This document shows positions 12,316-23,937 of a stretch of 64,000 nucleotides of DNA, piece after piece. Source of the stretch: Callorhinchus milii (Eukaryota). Under the pieces are notes generated by a model. That model did not search any database, had not been told where the DNA came from, and saw only the letters and a list, made by a program, of their open reading frames with translations. The stretch covers positions 94,924,001-94,988,000 of the forward strand of contig NW_024704742.1 of assembly GCF_018977255.1 (NCBI RefSeq), written 5' to 3'. A program made the position numbers and the translations under genes. How positions within the stretch are numbered: the first letter of the stretch is position 1; every line of letters begins with the position of its first letter.

Positions 12316-12978
12316 GGAGTCTGGTAGCTCAGGGGTTAGAGCACTCGACTCACAAGCAATACACCCGAGTTCGATTCCCGGCAGGGCAAAACTTTGGGGA
12401 AGTTTCCTTACTCCACAAGCCTCGTAAATAGGAACCCAGTTAACAGTCGATTGGCAGATCGCTTTTCCGGGAGTAATCCCTTCAAAAAAAAATTGGGTTA
12501 CTCAATTCACGACTGTTTGTGGGACACTGCTGTGCGCAATTGGCTGCCACATTTCACCCACAGTCAATTCACTTCACAGTATAATAATAATAATCCTTAC
12601 ATTTGATATAGCGCTTTTCACGTCTTCTAGACGTCTCAAAGCACTTCAGAGAATGTACTGTCAAGTGAATTGACTGTACATTTGTGGGCGAAACACGGCA
12701 GTCAATTGCGCAAAGCAGTGTCCTACAAACAGTCGTGGATTGAATGACCAAATTATTATTGGGTTTTGTGGGAGGGGATTATTATCCCCGGAAAAGCCAT
12801 CCACCAATCAACTAACAACCGGGTTCCTACGTACTGCTAGGTAAACAGAGGTGTGTGGAGTAAGGAAACTTGCCCAATGTTTCGCGCTGCCTGGGTATAT
12901 TCTGTGAAGCACTTTGAGACGTCTTGAAGATATGATAAGGCGCAATATCAAATGCATGGATTATTTATTAGTATTATT
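12316..12978 (+). mobile_element. tRNA-derived SINE interrupted by an antisense copy of the same family
   Basis: Head at 12316, body breaks at about 12583 and resumes at about 12895 through to the tail. Confidence 0.85.
12584..12894 (-). mobile_element. 5'-truncated SINE (long form) nested in the opposite orientation
   Basis: Reverse complement of the family body with an (ATT)n tail at 12584; gtata on both sides. Confidence 0.85.
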
Positions 12979-13965
12979 CTGCACTTTGAAAAGTGGAGAA
13001 GGTTGAATCAGAAGGCAAGAAACATTAGATTTAACTTTCTGAAGGCAGTTAAAAGCAGTGCTATCATCAGGAAGCTGTTATAACATCACAAATGTTATGA
13101 CATTATAAAAGTTATTTCAAGGTATATTGAGTCTTGCTGTGAATTGACCCAGACTAATGTCAGAAAGATTCAGCAGCATTCTGACTTTTCATTGGCATCA
13201 GAGGCATTAATAAAAGGGCACAAGTTCAACTTGTCAAGGGCAATTTTGAGTAGACACCAGGCATATTTTGTTACCCAGAGGGTAATTATACACTGGATTG
13301 GTTACTGGGAATGGTGACTGAGGTCAGAATGCTGGACTTATTTATGAAACAGCTTGATGCTGTGATGGGAAGGTGGCAGGATGAGTATTCTGGAATGATG
13401 AGATTGAATAGCTAAAGGGCCTTCTTCATCTGAAAGTTTCTTGTGATTATGCAAAACTTGCCTGATCTAGAGGGGCATTGGTCAAGGGTGAAAGAAGAGA
13501 TTTTTTTTGAAAAAACTTAGGGAATGCTTTGTGGGTCTTGGGGGTAGTGGGAGGAGAAGGAAGGAACATTTAAGGACCTATCGAAACCACAAATTATTCT
13601 TTTGTTGCCACACACTTTTATTTAGTTGGCAAAATTAAATTATTCAGTGCTCATTCATAGGTTTATGAGGTTTACTTCCGTTTCATATGGAATTCTCATC
13701 ACAAAGGTTGATGGACCTTTTAGGAAGTCCAGAAAGTCCATTTGCTCTTTATCCATTCTAAATGACCATTCAGATCCAAGTCACATCAGGAGTGGCGCTT
13801 GTGCCTCCATCACTGCAGTCTCTGCAATTCTCCAATAAGGAGACACCAGACATCACAGAAAAAAGTTTCAAACAGTAAAAAGAAGTGAGAGAGATTCACT
13901 CAGCCGGGAGCTCAACTGTAGTAACCAATTATGATTGACACTTCACCTTATAAAATATGTTTTTT

Positions 13966-14336
13966 ATAATAATAACCCTTGCGTTTGATATAGTGCCTTA
14001 TCACGTCTTTGAGAAGTCTCAAAGCGCTTCACAGGATATACAGTAAAGTGAATTGACTGTATATTTTGTGAGCAACATGCAGCAGCCAATTGCACACAGC
14101 AGTGTCCCACAAACAGTCATGGATTGAGTGACCAAATTAATATATATATATATTTTAAGGAGTTATTATCCCTGGAAAAGCGATCCGCCAATCGACTAAC
14201 AACTGAGTTCTTACTTACTGCTAGGTAAACAGAGGTGTGTGAAGTAAGGAAACGTGCTCAACATTATGCCCTGCCTGGAATCAAACCAATCTCTTGCTTG
14301 CAAGGCGAGTGCTCTAACAACTGAGCTATGTAACTC
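13966..14336 (-). mobile_element. tRNA-derived SINE, long form
   Basis: Full-length reverse-complement copy of the 1605-1984 element. Confidence 0.88.
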
Positions 14337-14939
14337 TGGAATATATATGGAAATCTGAAATATATTGTGGTAATCTGAAAGATTTCTATTTCCCTGACAT
14401 TAACCACATCAAATGTACTATTTTTTGAAGTTAAAGCAAAATGCAAAATGACAATCCTGTATGCTTGTAGCTTTACGTTGCAGCCCAGGTATGTCACAAA
14501 TGAACACTGTCACTTTAATTATCCACTTTCCATTGTAGCATGCAATATACTTAAAATGTACTCAAGCTTATGAAGACCTCTATCACAAGGTATAAGCACT
14601 CTCTGTAAAAGTGCCTGCGAACAGGGTTTGACAGGCATTCATGCTAAAAGCCATTCTCGGGTCTTGACCCCAATATGTTATCTCGGAATAATGGATGGAA
14701 GAGTTGTGCACAGTTTTCACAGAGAAATGAAATCCATTGTACACTGAGAGTCGAACATCCCAGATCCTGTTAATCAAGTGCACTAAGTAACCAAATAGCT
14801 AGCAACAGGATAAGGTCAGATGGAACCAACCAGACTCTTGTTTTCTAAAAGTCAAAATTAGGAAAAAAGAGGCATCAAATGTGTTTAGAAAATATACCCT
14901 GTACCTGAATGAAGATTGTCTCTATTTTTGAAATGCCTG

Positions 14940-15370
14940 CGTATGTCAACTTATCTCAGTTGAAAACACTCTCATCTCTGAGGAAAAAGGCTGTGGGTCC
15001 AAGCCGCACATCAGGACTTTGTACTCAGATAGTCGAGGCTGACAGTCCAATACAGTGCTATGGATATGCTGTGTGGTTGGAGATGCCATCCTTTATGATA
15101 TGAGGCATTAAACAGAGGTACTGCTCGCCTGTTCAGGTGGATGTTAAAGATCCCTTAGCATAATTCAAAATGAGAGGGGAGTTTCTTCTGGTTTTTGGCC
15201 AACCAACCTCCAGATAAAATTTGTTATTCATTTCATAGCTGCTTGTGGGGTACTGCTTTGTTCAAATGGCTGCTGCGTTCATTGACAAAATGCTAAAGCA
15301 AATTCTGTGAAGCTCTTTGAGATGCCTTCTGATATGAAAAGCACTGTATTAAATCCAGGGATTATTTATT
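14940..15370 (+). mobile_element. Older Deu-domain-type SINE
   Basis: Core cctgttcaggtggatgttaaagatccc...ggccaac resembles the DeuSINE central domain (from memory). Repeated near 35700-36035, 45055-45310 and 55633-55940. Confidence 0.7.
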
Positions 15371-15399
15371 TGTGTGTGTGTGTGTATGTTCTGCACCAC

Positions 15400-15995
15400 T
15401 GCACTGTTAAACCACATTCCGCAACATCACCCGGATTTGCCACTGATTCACCACTTAGGTTACCGAAACCCTCATCCGTGCATTCATCTAGGCTTGACTA
15501 CACCAACTCCCTGCTTGTCAGCCTTCCCAACTCTTCCCTCCCCAAGCTGCAATTCATCCAAAACTCTGAAGCTCATATCCTTGCCCACACCAGGCTCCGC
15601 GATCCCATCACACCCAACCTCCTCTGACTCCCCATTCCCCCAGAGGAGAGTTCAAAATACTCATCCTTGCCTTCAAGCTCCTCCACGGTGTTGTTCCTTA
15701 TTACTTCTGTGACCTGTTGACCCCATACCATTGGTGGTCGGGCCTCCAGCTTTTCGGCCCCCACCCTTTGAATTCCATTCCACATTCCCTTCACCTCGCT
15801 CCCTCCTTTGCCTCCTTCAAGGTGGGTCTCAAAACCCTCCTTTTTGACCGAGCCTTCAGCCACCCTCCTACCTTCCCTGACCTCCACCCTCCCTGATCCC
15901 AACCCACAGTTCAGGTCCAAATCCCTGACTGTCCAGCACCTTGGGACATTCTCCCTACATGAAAGGCGATGTACAAATGTAATTTTGTATTGTAT
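15400..15995 (+). mobile_element. L2 LINE 3' fragment, internally deleted
   Basis: SRLDYTNSLLVSLP peptide and the L2 3' terminus (gcaccttgggac...tgaaaggcgatgtacaaatgtaa). Confidence 0.85.
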
Positions 15996-16185
15996 TTATT
16001 TTTGTCATTTGTCCCCAAATCTTTGTCTGCCTTGCTACCATCGGGCTCTTCTCCTATATCCAGGTAGCATGGCTATGAGCTGTATTCAGTTCTCTCTCCT
16101 CTTATTTCCCCCATTCTCACCACCCATTGTTAGGAACCATGCAAATAATTCATTTCCCTGCTGATTTTTAAATTTGTTATAAAAT

Positions 16186-16199
16186 GCTCCACCTGGTGG
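16186..16199 (-). promoter_or_regulatory. Candidate CTCF motif
   Basis: Minus strand reads ccaccaggtggagc; motif match only. Confidence 0.4.
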
Positions 16200-18769
16200 A
16201 CTGGAGGAATTTAAGGTAATGGTATTTTATAAAGGGCATTGGCATTCCAATCTCACTCAAGGATGGGACTGAACCTCAGGATTGTTGGCCAAGACACAGT
16301 TAGAAACTCCTTTCTCTTCCAAAGCGTTATTATTATTGGCATGTGATTATGCCAGTCATTATAATGGAACGTTTCAGAAGTCTGTACTGTGCACCAATGG
16401 CCAACTAGGAATAGTGTTGAAATCATCCGAGTTCATAGCTCTTACAGCTGACAGAGGTCAGAGCTTTTTGACCTCTCAGTCAGGTCTGAATTTTATGGCG
16501 GTTCTTTTAAGTGAAAGGAGAAGATGCTACCTTGGACTTTATGTTGGATGTACAACTGTAAATAACCTTTTATGGTTATTAACCTTGTATGGAAGGAGGC
16601 ATAGTGGCATGATTGGGCATACTTAGTGTACACCATGGTGTACACTATATTTACAAGTAGAATTTAGGCACATATTAGCAAGAGCCAACAAAGGCTTGGG
16701 GACCACAGAGAGTACTTTCACATTCATTTTTAAAACAGCTGAAGTTAATGGCCATATTGCTACTGATAATTCAGATAATCCCACTCTTTAAAGTGCGAGT
16801 TTCTCCCTCCCACCTTCCTTATTCATGATGGAGGTACCACTGTTTAGTAATTAAATAATATTATTCAATGAGAAAATAATTAAGAAAAACGTGCACTATT
16901 TGATCCTTATAAACTCATGCACTATTCAGAAAATAAGATGCAGATGTCACACTTAATAAATGTTTAAATCAATTGAAACTGGTGCTGGAATGTAAGCCAA
17001 GAGTAAATACTCACAGTGCACAAGTGAATTGGTCTTCATCAGGTTAAGAAAAACTAAATGGAACAAATGACTGGCCCCACAGGAACAAGAGATATTAGGA
17101 GATGAAGGAGTAGCCACAAAGCCTCAGCTGTTTTATTGTATCATATTTTCTGCTCTGCCACAAATAATTGAAAGTAAGTCTAAGAACACCAGGACCAGCC
17201 AGGCCATGCACAGCCCAGCTGTGCCTGGGTATTTGGTGTTAAATCTGAGTCAAAGTTGCAAATGCTACAGCATTCATCACTTTGAATTGGTTTCAGAGGC
17301 TAAGCTGTGAAATGTGTTGACAATCAATAATAATTAATGCTTGGCTCTCAAACGTTTTTGGCTGCTGGGTTTGCAGTTTTCTTTAAAAAAAAGCACTATG
17401 CAGTCTGTCTACATAGACACATTTCTACAAGCTTCTGCTCAAAACACTGTTGTGAAAAAGGAAAGCATGTTCACACGTGGGATAACTTTACCACCAGGAC
17501 CAGATGACAAGCAATCAAAGCAATGAGAATCATTCTACGTTGGCACCTACAAGGCTTCACGTTTCTGTGAGCTTCTTAAGTAAAACAAGAGAGTGTTGAT
17601 TCCATTCTCTGCTATTTGTTCACGAGTGTCATTTAGGCCAACTTGAATCTGCCCCGAGCATTTCCAAATTTATTAAATATACAAACTAGATACAGATTTA
17701 TTTTTAGTGCTACAAGATTTCATGCATCTGTTTTCCACCTAATGTGAAGACATTTGTTCATTCCTTGGATAAGGGAGAAAATGGGTAGAACATCTTGTTC
17801 AGATACAGCCCGGGGCTGCATCTCTGTACTTAACCTCACCACCAGCGGGAAGCTTGACTTCAAGTGTAAAATGTTCAATTCTTACCTGCAGTGAATCTCT
17901 GTAAACAGTATGACCTTTATCAGTAACTTGTGAGGGAGAAAGTTCTAATTCATACTGGAGAAAAAGCTTTGCAACCACTCAGTGGAAGACAGGTCTCTGT
18001 ACCTCTCCAAGCCCCATCTCTGCTTCTGCTAATTCATCCATATTACTTTATTTTCCTCTTATGACCAGTGTCCCAATGCAACAATACCCACAAGAAAATA
18101 TCCATAGTTCCATAGAAATGTATGACACAGTTTGAGGCCTTTTGAACAATTGGTGTTAGAACTTACTCCTCTAGCAAAGCTAATTCCCTACTCATCCCCT
18201 GCACTCTCCATACTCTTCCTCTGCACGTGCTTATCTAGTTCCTCTTTAAATGCTGTAAATAATTTTGCTCCAGCTGTCACGCCAGCAAATCATTCAACAT
18301 TCTGATGTGCTCTTGCGGAAAAAATCTTCCTAACTTCCTCTGCTACAATCATTTTTATAATTTTAAATTCAAATCCTCCAGTTCAGAAATAGTTCTTCAC
18401 TATCTAACCTCTCAGACCTTTTCATTATCATAAACACCTCTGTAATGTCACCTTTCAACTTTCTCTGGTCCAGAAGAAATAATTCCTCTTCTCCAGCTTC
18501 TCCTCATAACTAATATCCTCTCACCTTTGGTATTATCTTTGTGAATCTACATCCCACCCTTTCCAGATCCCTCCATAATGCTGTCCCCAAAACTGCATGC
18601 TCCCAACATACTATCCAGACTCAATTTGATTACCAGGCAGAAGTACTCAAGCAACATTTTCAGACAATGTCATGGAGAAGAGGATTAAACAATAGGATGA
18701 AGGCAGAGAAAAATAGAAAAGAAAAATAATATGAAATAATAATATTTGCAGTTGAGATAGAACCTGTCA

Positions 18770-19152
18770 CATCAGGAAGACATCTGAAAAAGCTTTACAT
18801 GTTTTACTGTAAAGTGTAGTGACTGTGTATTCTGTAGGTGAACATGACAGGCAATGTCCCTCAAGCAGCTATGATGTGAATGAGAAATTTGGATGATTGT
18901 TGACTGGGTCATTAGGATAAACTCCTTTTTCTTTTCGATTAGTGCTACGGGACCTTTATTGTCCACTTGAAAAGGCAGAAGGGGCTTTGTTTAACATCTA
19001 AAGGAGGCACCCCCAACAGTGCAGCATTCCCTCAGCACTATATTGGCATGTCAGCATAGACCATGTGAGTTCAATGTCTCTACAGAGAGTTTGGATGAAC
19101 AGCTTTCTGACACCTGAGGCGAGAATCCTATTGACTGAGCCAGGCTGACACC
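18770..19152 (-). mobile_element. Older Deu-domain-type SINE
   Basis: Reverse-complement copy; head ends in actgagccaggctgacacct, as in the copy at 28260-28660. Confidence 0.7.
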
Positions 19153-20619
19153 TGTTCCTCATGAACATAATAAAAGTCCACAGTATTAGAGGGTAAATCA
19201 TTGAAAGTACATAGTGCAAGTACATAATGCCAGTTCTAAATGATGTGACATTTTTGTACCACTGAATTTTGATTCTTCAGCACTGCAAATAACAAACTAC
19301 TGTATTATTACACAACTATTTTCCTTGGTCTTCCTGCTATCCTTAAATAAGCTAAATGTTTGAATTCAGAATAGCTGCTCTCACCCTGAAACTCATATGT
19401 AATTCTCCTACCACATATTTATCATATAAGATAGAGAGATCAAGGGAGGTCACGCGAGCGAAGGAGAGCTAGAGAAAAGTCATATCATTAGGAATTCAGA
19501 GTCTACGATTGAATACAGCAACTTCACAAGTTCACAGAGAGGTAAAGGATGATTTATCTCATTTGATCTCATCCTTCCTGAATACCCACCTTTTAGCAAT
19601 AAACTGTATCTTAAATGAGCCCAGCATCCAGGTCTCAACCATTCTGTTCCAGCTGATCCTTACCATCTCTGTAAAGAAATATTGCTGATAACTACAAGTT
19701 ACGCCACTTAAAGGATCAGTAATCCTCCAGTCTTCCCTTGTCCTAATCTGTGTAAGATACAGCATGTAGAAGTAGCAATGTTGTGAGGTAGGCAGAGAGC
19801 TAACATATGAAGACATAATTTGGTGGGTTTTAATGCTCAACAGGGTAGATCCTGTGTGTCAATGACAATCCATTTGCTTTTGTTTCTTGACTTGCCTGAA
19901 GTGACAGCACTGTAGTTTATCATGAAGGCACTGCTACACTAGAATTCTTTCAGTGGAAGAAAAATGTATCCATGGATGGCTTTACAATCATACTCATTTA
20001 GGATTATGAGAAAACTGACACCACATTTATTGTAGCTAAACCGCCCTCATCATCCAGCCGATGGGGTGTGTATTTATTGACAAACGGCTTGGTGATTGCA
20101 CCAACAAGCTCAGTGAATAGTTCACTCCTATTGTAACAATCCATGTAACAAAATGAACCTGGAAGTTTCACCATCAAACAAAAATCGTTAGAGGATAGGG
20201 AATTCTCCATGTGAACAATAAGCTTAATAATCTGAATGATCACATTTTCTTAAATTGTCCTTTTGTACCCTAGAGAAACTTATTATAAGTAGCATTAACT
20301 CTCTGATTTGTGGCAAAATTGTAGTGACATTTCTTAATGTACAGACACAGCAATACAACAGCCCGTGGGAAGACCAAAAGAGAATATTAAAAACAAAGGT
20401 TGAATGAGTTCTTTCATTGTACCACTAAACAAATGCTGTTAATATTGGCATCAGCATTAACAGACAGCAATAAAGAAATGTTTCCTTCAAAGGGTTACAA
20501 ATATTGTAGAAAATAAATTGGATAGGAAAATTGTCTTGAATATCTTCACCCCCACCCCCTCACCCTGAAAGGCACATTTGGTAAAGGAACAATCCAGTGT
20601 ACAAATTATATTTATAGAT

Positions 20620-20870
20620 AAGGAAGGACACAGGTTCAAACCCTCATTTGAACTGAATTTACTTATCTCAGCCATAATGACCGTATAGAAGTGTCTATAA
20701 TTGGCTTCAGTGCCCCTGGGCTGTGAATGGGAAAATCAGCGAGTGTGCCCTTCCCTGATTTGGAAAGAGTATGTGTGTGTGAAAGGGACTGTTGTTAGAT
20801 CCCATGCCAATTTGCCTACCGATTCACAGTCCGAACTCATGCATGAAGAATGGCCTAAACACCAGAGTAT
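20620..20870 (+). mobile_element. Ancient LF-SINE-like element (related copies ~11690-11800, ~25130-25360 minus, ~41745-41900, ~60160-60620 minus, ~63400-63640)
   Basis: Recurrent motifs aattggcytcagtgcccctggg, tatccagtsac and catgaagaatggcc across copies; family name from memory. Confidence 0.55.
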
Positions 20871-20988
20871 GTCAACACCTCCAGGATAGAAATTTGGAGT
20901 TTTTCTAAAAAAAACTATTATTATTTTAGGTCAATCCCATATATCTGTCCACTTAATGCACTTTGTGGTTTCAAAATCGACAATCGAC

Positions 20989-21316
20989 GGAGTCCTGTAG
21001 CTCAGTGGTTAGAGCACTCGCTTTGCAAGTGAGAGACCTGCGTTCAATTCCAGGCAGAGGGCGAAACCTTGGGCAAGTTTCCTTACTCCACACAGAGCCC
21101 TAATAATAATCCCTCCAAAACCCAAAACAATAATAAATTGGTCATTTTCAATCTACGACTGTTTGTGGGACATTGCTGTGCGCAATTGGCTGCCGCGTTC
21201 GCCCACAAATATACAGTCAATTCACTTTACAGTGTGTTCTGTAAAGCGCTTTGGGACATCCTCCTGACGTGAAAAGCACTTAATCAAAATGCAAGGATTA
21301 TTATTATTATTATTAT
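20989..21316 (+). mobile_element. tRNA-Ala-derived SINE, young short form
   Basis: ggagtcctgtagctcagtggttagagc head; near-identical to the copies at 39004, 40378 and 50345. Confidence 0.92.
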
Positions 21317-22439
21317 AATGTGCTTTTTCCATCGCTGAAATTCCCAGTGCTCCATTCTTTTCTTTATTCTCTGTCTCTGGTGCCACTTCACCCACATTGT
21401 GTCCAAGAAGCATGAATACGCTTCCTGGCTAGTCACGGCAAGGCTCAACTAAATCAGGAATTCTCGTGGGAAAAGGGCTTATTGCGGAAAACAAAATGTC
21501 CCATGTAGTCATTATTGTGCTGTAGGGCATTCAATATTCTATCAGAATAAAGGGGAAAGCCTTCATCCAGACATACAGAATCTGTATATGTGTTGGGAGG
21601 TGTTGGTTGCTTTATTCCTTGCAAAAGTTGCTTATTTCTTTATATCAATGAAGTTAATTATGTTTGAAAACATGTTAATCTTGGAACTAATCCCAGAAGG
21701 ATGAAAGGTGCATGTATATGAGTGTACGGGGGAGGGGGAGGAGGTGTGTACTCTGAACAGCAATTTCCTCTATTTCATTGACCATCTTTCAATATGAGCT
21801 TTCAGTGGCCTCTCATGGCAGATTCAACTGATTATCCCACTGAAAGCTCGCATCTAGACCCCCTTGCACGCAGTCAGCCATAAATCCCCCTCCTTCCCTC
21901 AAAATATAGCTGCTGAAACCTTGTCCAAAAGAAACATAAAAGGCTTATAAAACAGCCCCCAAAAATACTAGGAGTAAAATTAAATACACAATCACTGAGC
22001 TCAGACTAAGCTCAAGGTCTTTCTTTCCACCTCTCACCCCATTGTGCACAGATGTAGGGCAGTTGCTTAGCACTTTGAAAGTTTAAATGGAGGAAAAGTG
22101 AGGGTAACACAAGAAAAACATTCAGAAGCAGACAAGATCTACAGAGCAGGGCACCTGCAAAAAGCTGAAATACCAATGCCATATCTTATCTCCACATATC
22201 ATATCCTGGAATTTTCTCTACAGGAAATGTCTCAATTACATTGTAATGGCAAGGAGCCACCTATCTCTCCCCTTCCTTCCAAAAAACACAAACTGAGGCC
22301 AACAACCTCTACCATTTGCGTGGGACTTCACTGGGTGAACATTCCTTTTTTTTTATTATGTACTTTATTGCTACATGGATCAGCAAAGGGGATTTGTCTT
22401 TTGGCATAGCTCATCTCAATTTCAAAAGCAACATAAATA

Positions 22440-22620
22440 AATAATAATAATCCTTGCATTTGATAGAGCGCCTTATCACGTCATTGAGATGTCCTAAAGC
22501 GCTTCACAGAATATACTGTAAAGTGAATTGACTGTATATTTTGTGGGCAAAATACTGCAGCCAATTGCGCACAGCAGTGTCCCACAAATAGTCATGGATT
22601 GAGTGACCACATTATAATTT
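22440..22620 (-). mobile_element. SINE 3' fragment (similar fragments near 24480-24642, 25420-25620, 26580-26690, 31655-31768, 39600-39745, 62260-62385)
   Basis: Shared gcgctatatcaaatgcaaggattatt tail and tgtgcgcaattggctgc body. Confidence 0.8.
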
Positions 22621-23544
22621 TTCTAAATTGATTAAAATCATTCCTTTTAAAAATAAAGTCAAAACATGTTACTTAAATTGTGCTCAAACATTAAAAATGG
22701 TTTATATTTAACAAGCTGTAATCTTAAATCTTAGATATGAACTGTTACCAGTTACCAAAGGTTTAGAAAAGAAAATTGAATAATTCAGCTAGAGTAATAA
22801 TGCATTTTTGAAAAACTGTGGTACATTGTCCTTATTTTATTTTGCTAGAAAACAGCTTTGCATATTACCTTTGAAGCTTGTGCACTTGCAGTGCTGGCAC
22901 AGGATAAGTGAATATGTGTGAGATAGCTTTTAGTGAAGTGCACCATTAAAAAAGGAAAGAAGAGTTTCATGTAGCTCAATGAGAGCCATTATTTTTCCTG
23001 GATTCCAGTGGAGAGTTCAATAACTATTTCCTTTCCAAAACCAGCTGTACTTGTTCAGCCACCGATTGATTGGGTGAGCACAAGGGCAGGAAATATGCTT
23101 CGGGCTCACCTCTTCTTAAAAAGAAGAGGGAATGAGTAACTGCATGTTTCTGTCTTAGCTAATGAAACGGATGTAGCTTTTGGATTTTATCTTGTACAGA
23201 AGATTGTACTAGTCCTGAATGAGAAGGCCATCAACAATGCTGGTTTTCTTGTCAAGAGCACAGCAGGTTTAAGAATTTCACTGCACAAAACTATGACAGC
23301 ATTTAGCTTGCAACACAATGCTTCCTCTGTGGCAATAGGGTCCTCATTCACACTGGGTTTTGCATACACTCAAAACCATGAATCATTTGAGCATCACAGA
23401 TCAGTGTTACATTAAAAGTTTTTTTTCCAAAAAAAAGTTATTCTAACAGTTACACTTACCATACATAATACATAACAAAAGACATAAGAATTGCAAATGA
23501 TAAAAATCATAATCTTAATTCCAGTAAAATAGCTGGAATCAATC

Positions 23545-23660
23545 ACAAACAAAATACAACAAATCGAAACAAAGTACAACCAAAACAAAAAGTACCATTT
23601 TTTTTATTGTTGGCATTTTCAATCAAAATAAAACAAAAGAAAAAGAAATAAAAGAACAAC
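23545..23660 (-). terminator. Candidate intronic polyadenylation signal
   Basis: Minus-strand AATAAA at 23603-23608, with a U-rich upstream element and a long GU/U-rich downstream element. Confidence 0.45.
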
Positions 23661-23908
23661 TGCACTCTGAATCAAACAGGATGGAAGACATTCAGCAAAC
23701 CTTATGGGCCGTTACTTAATTATAACCCTTGCCATGTAGAATTGAGTTGACCCATCAAAGGAAGTGCAGTGGAGCAGCAATAATGAAGTCAAATGTGTAA
23801 TTCGTTTTAGCACTTTAGGATCGCTTTTGTCATGCAATTAAACAGGCATTATCCTTTTTGATACATTTCCTTAAAATCAAATCTGCATGACAGCCTTCTC
23901 CACTTGTT

Positions 23909-23937
23909 TCAGCATTCCACAATATGCCGTTGTCGTC
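23909..23937 (-). CDS. Candidate alternative terminal exon (coding part) of a truncated kinase-less receptor
   Basis: Long pyrimidine tract plus tag acceptor (23938-23975). Phase-1 join to the TM exon gives GRQRHIVEC-stop; AATAAA lies about 300 nt downstream. No transcript evidence. Confidence 0.45.

Noticed and set aside
23750..23795. Minus-strand LLLLHCTSFDG resembling T1 FVLFHKIPLDG
   Set aside because: No AG acceptor at the required position and no stop after DG.
23848..23937. Phase-0 reading DDNGILWN... resembling truncated TrkC IDNHGILNL
   Set aside because: Wrong phase for the TM exon, and the truncated TrkC tail diverges after the NPQY exon, not in this intron; likely chance.
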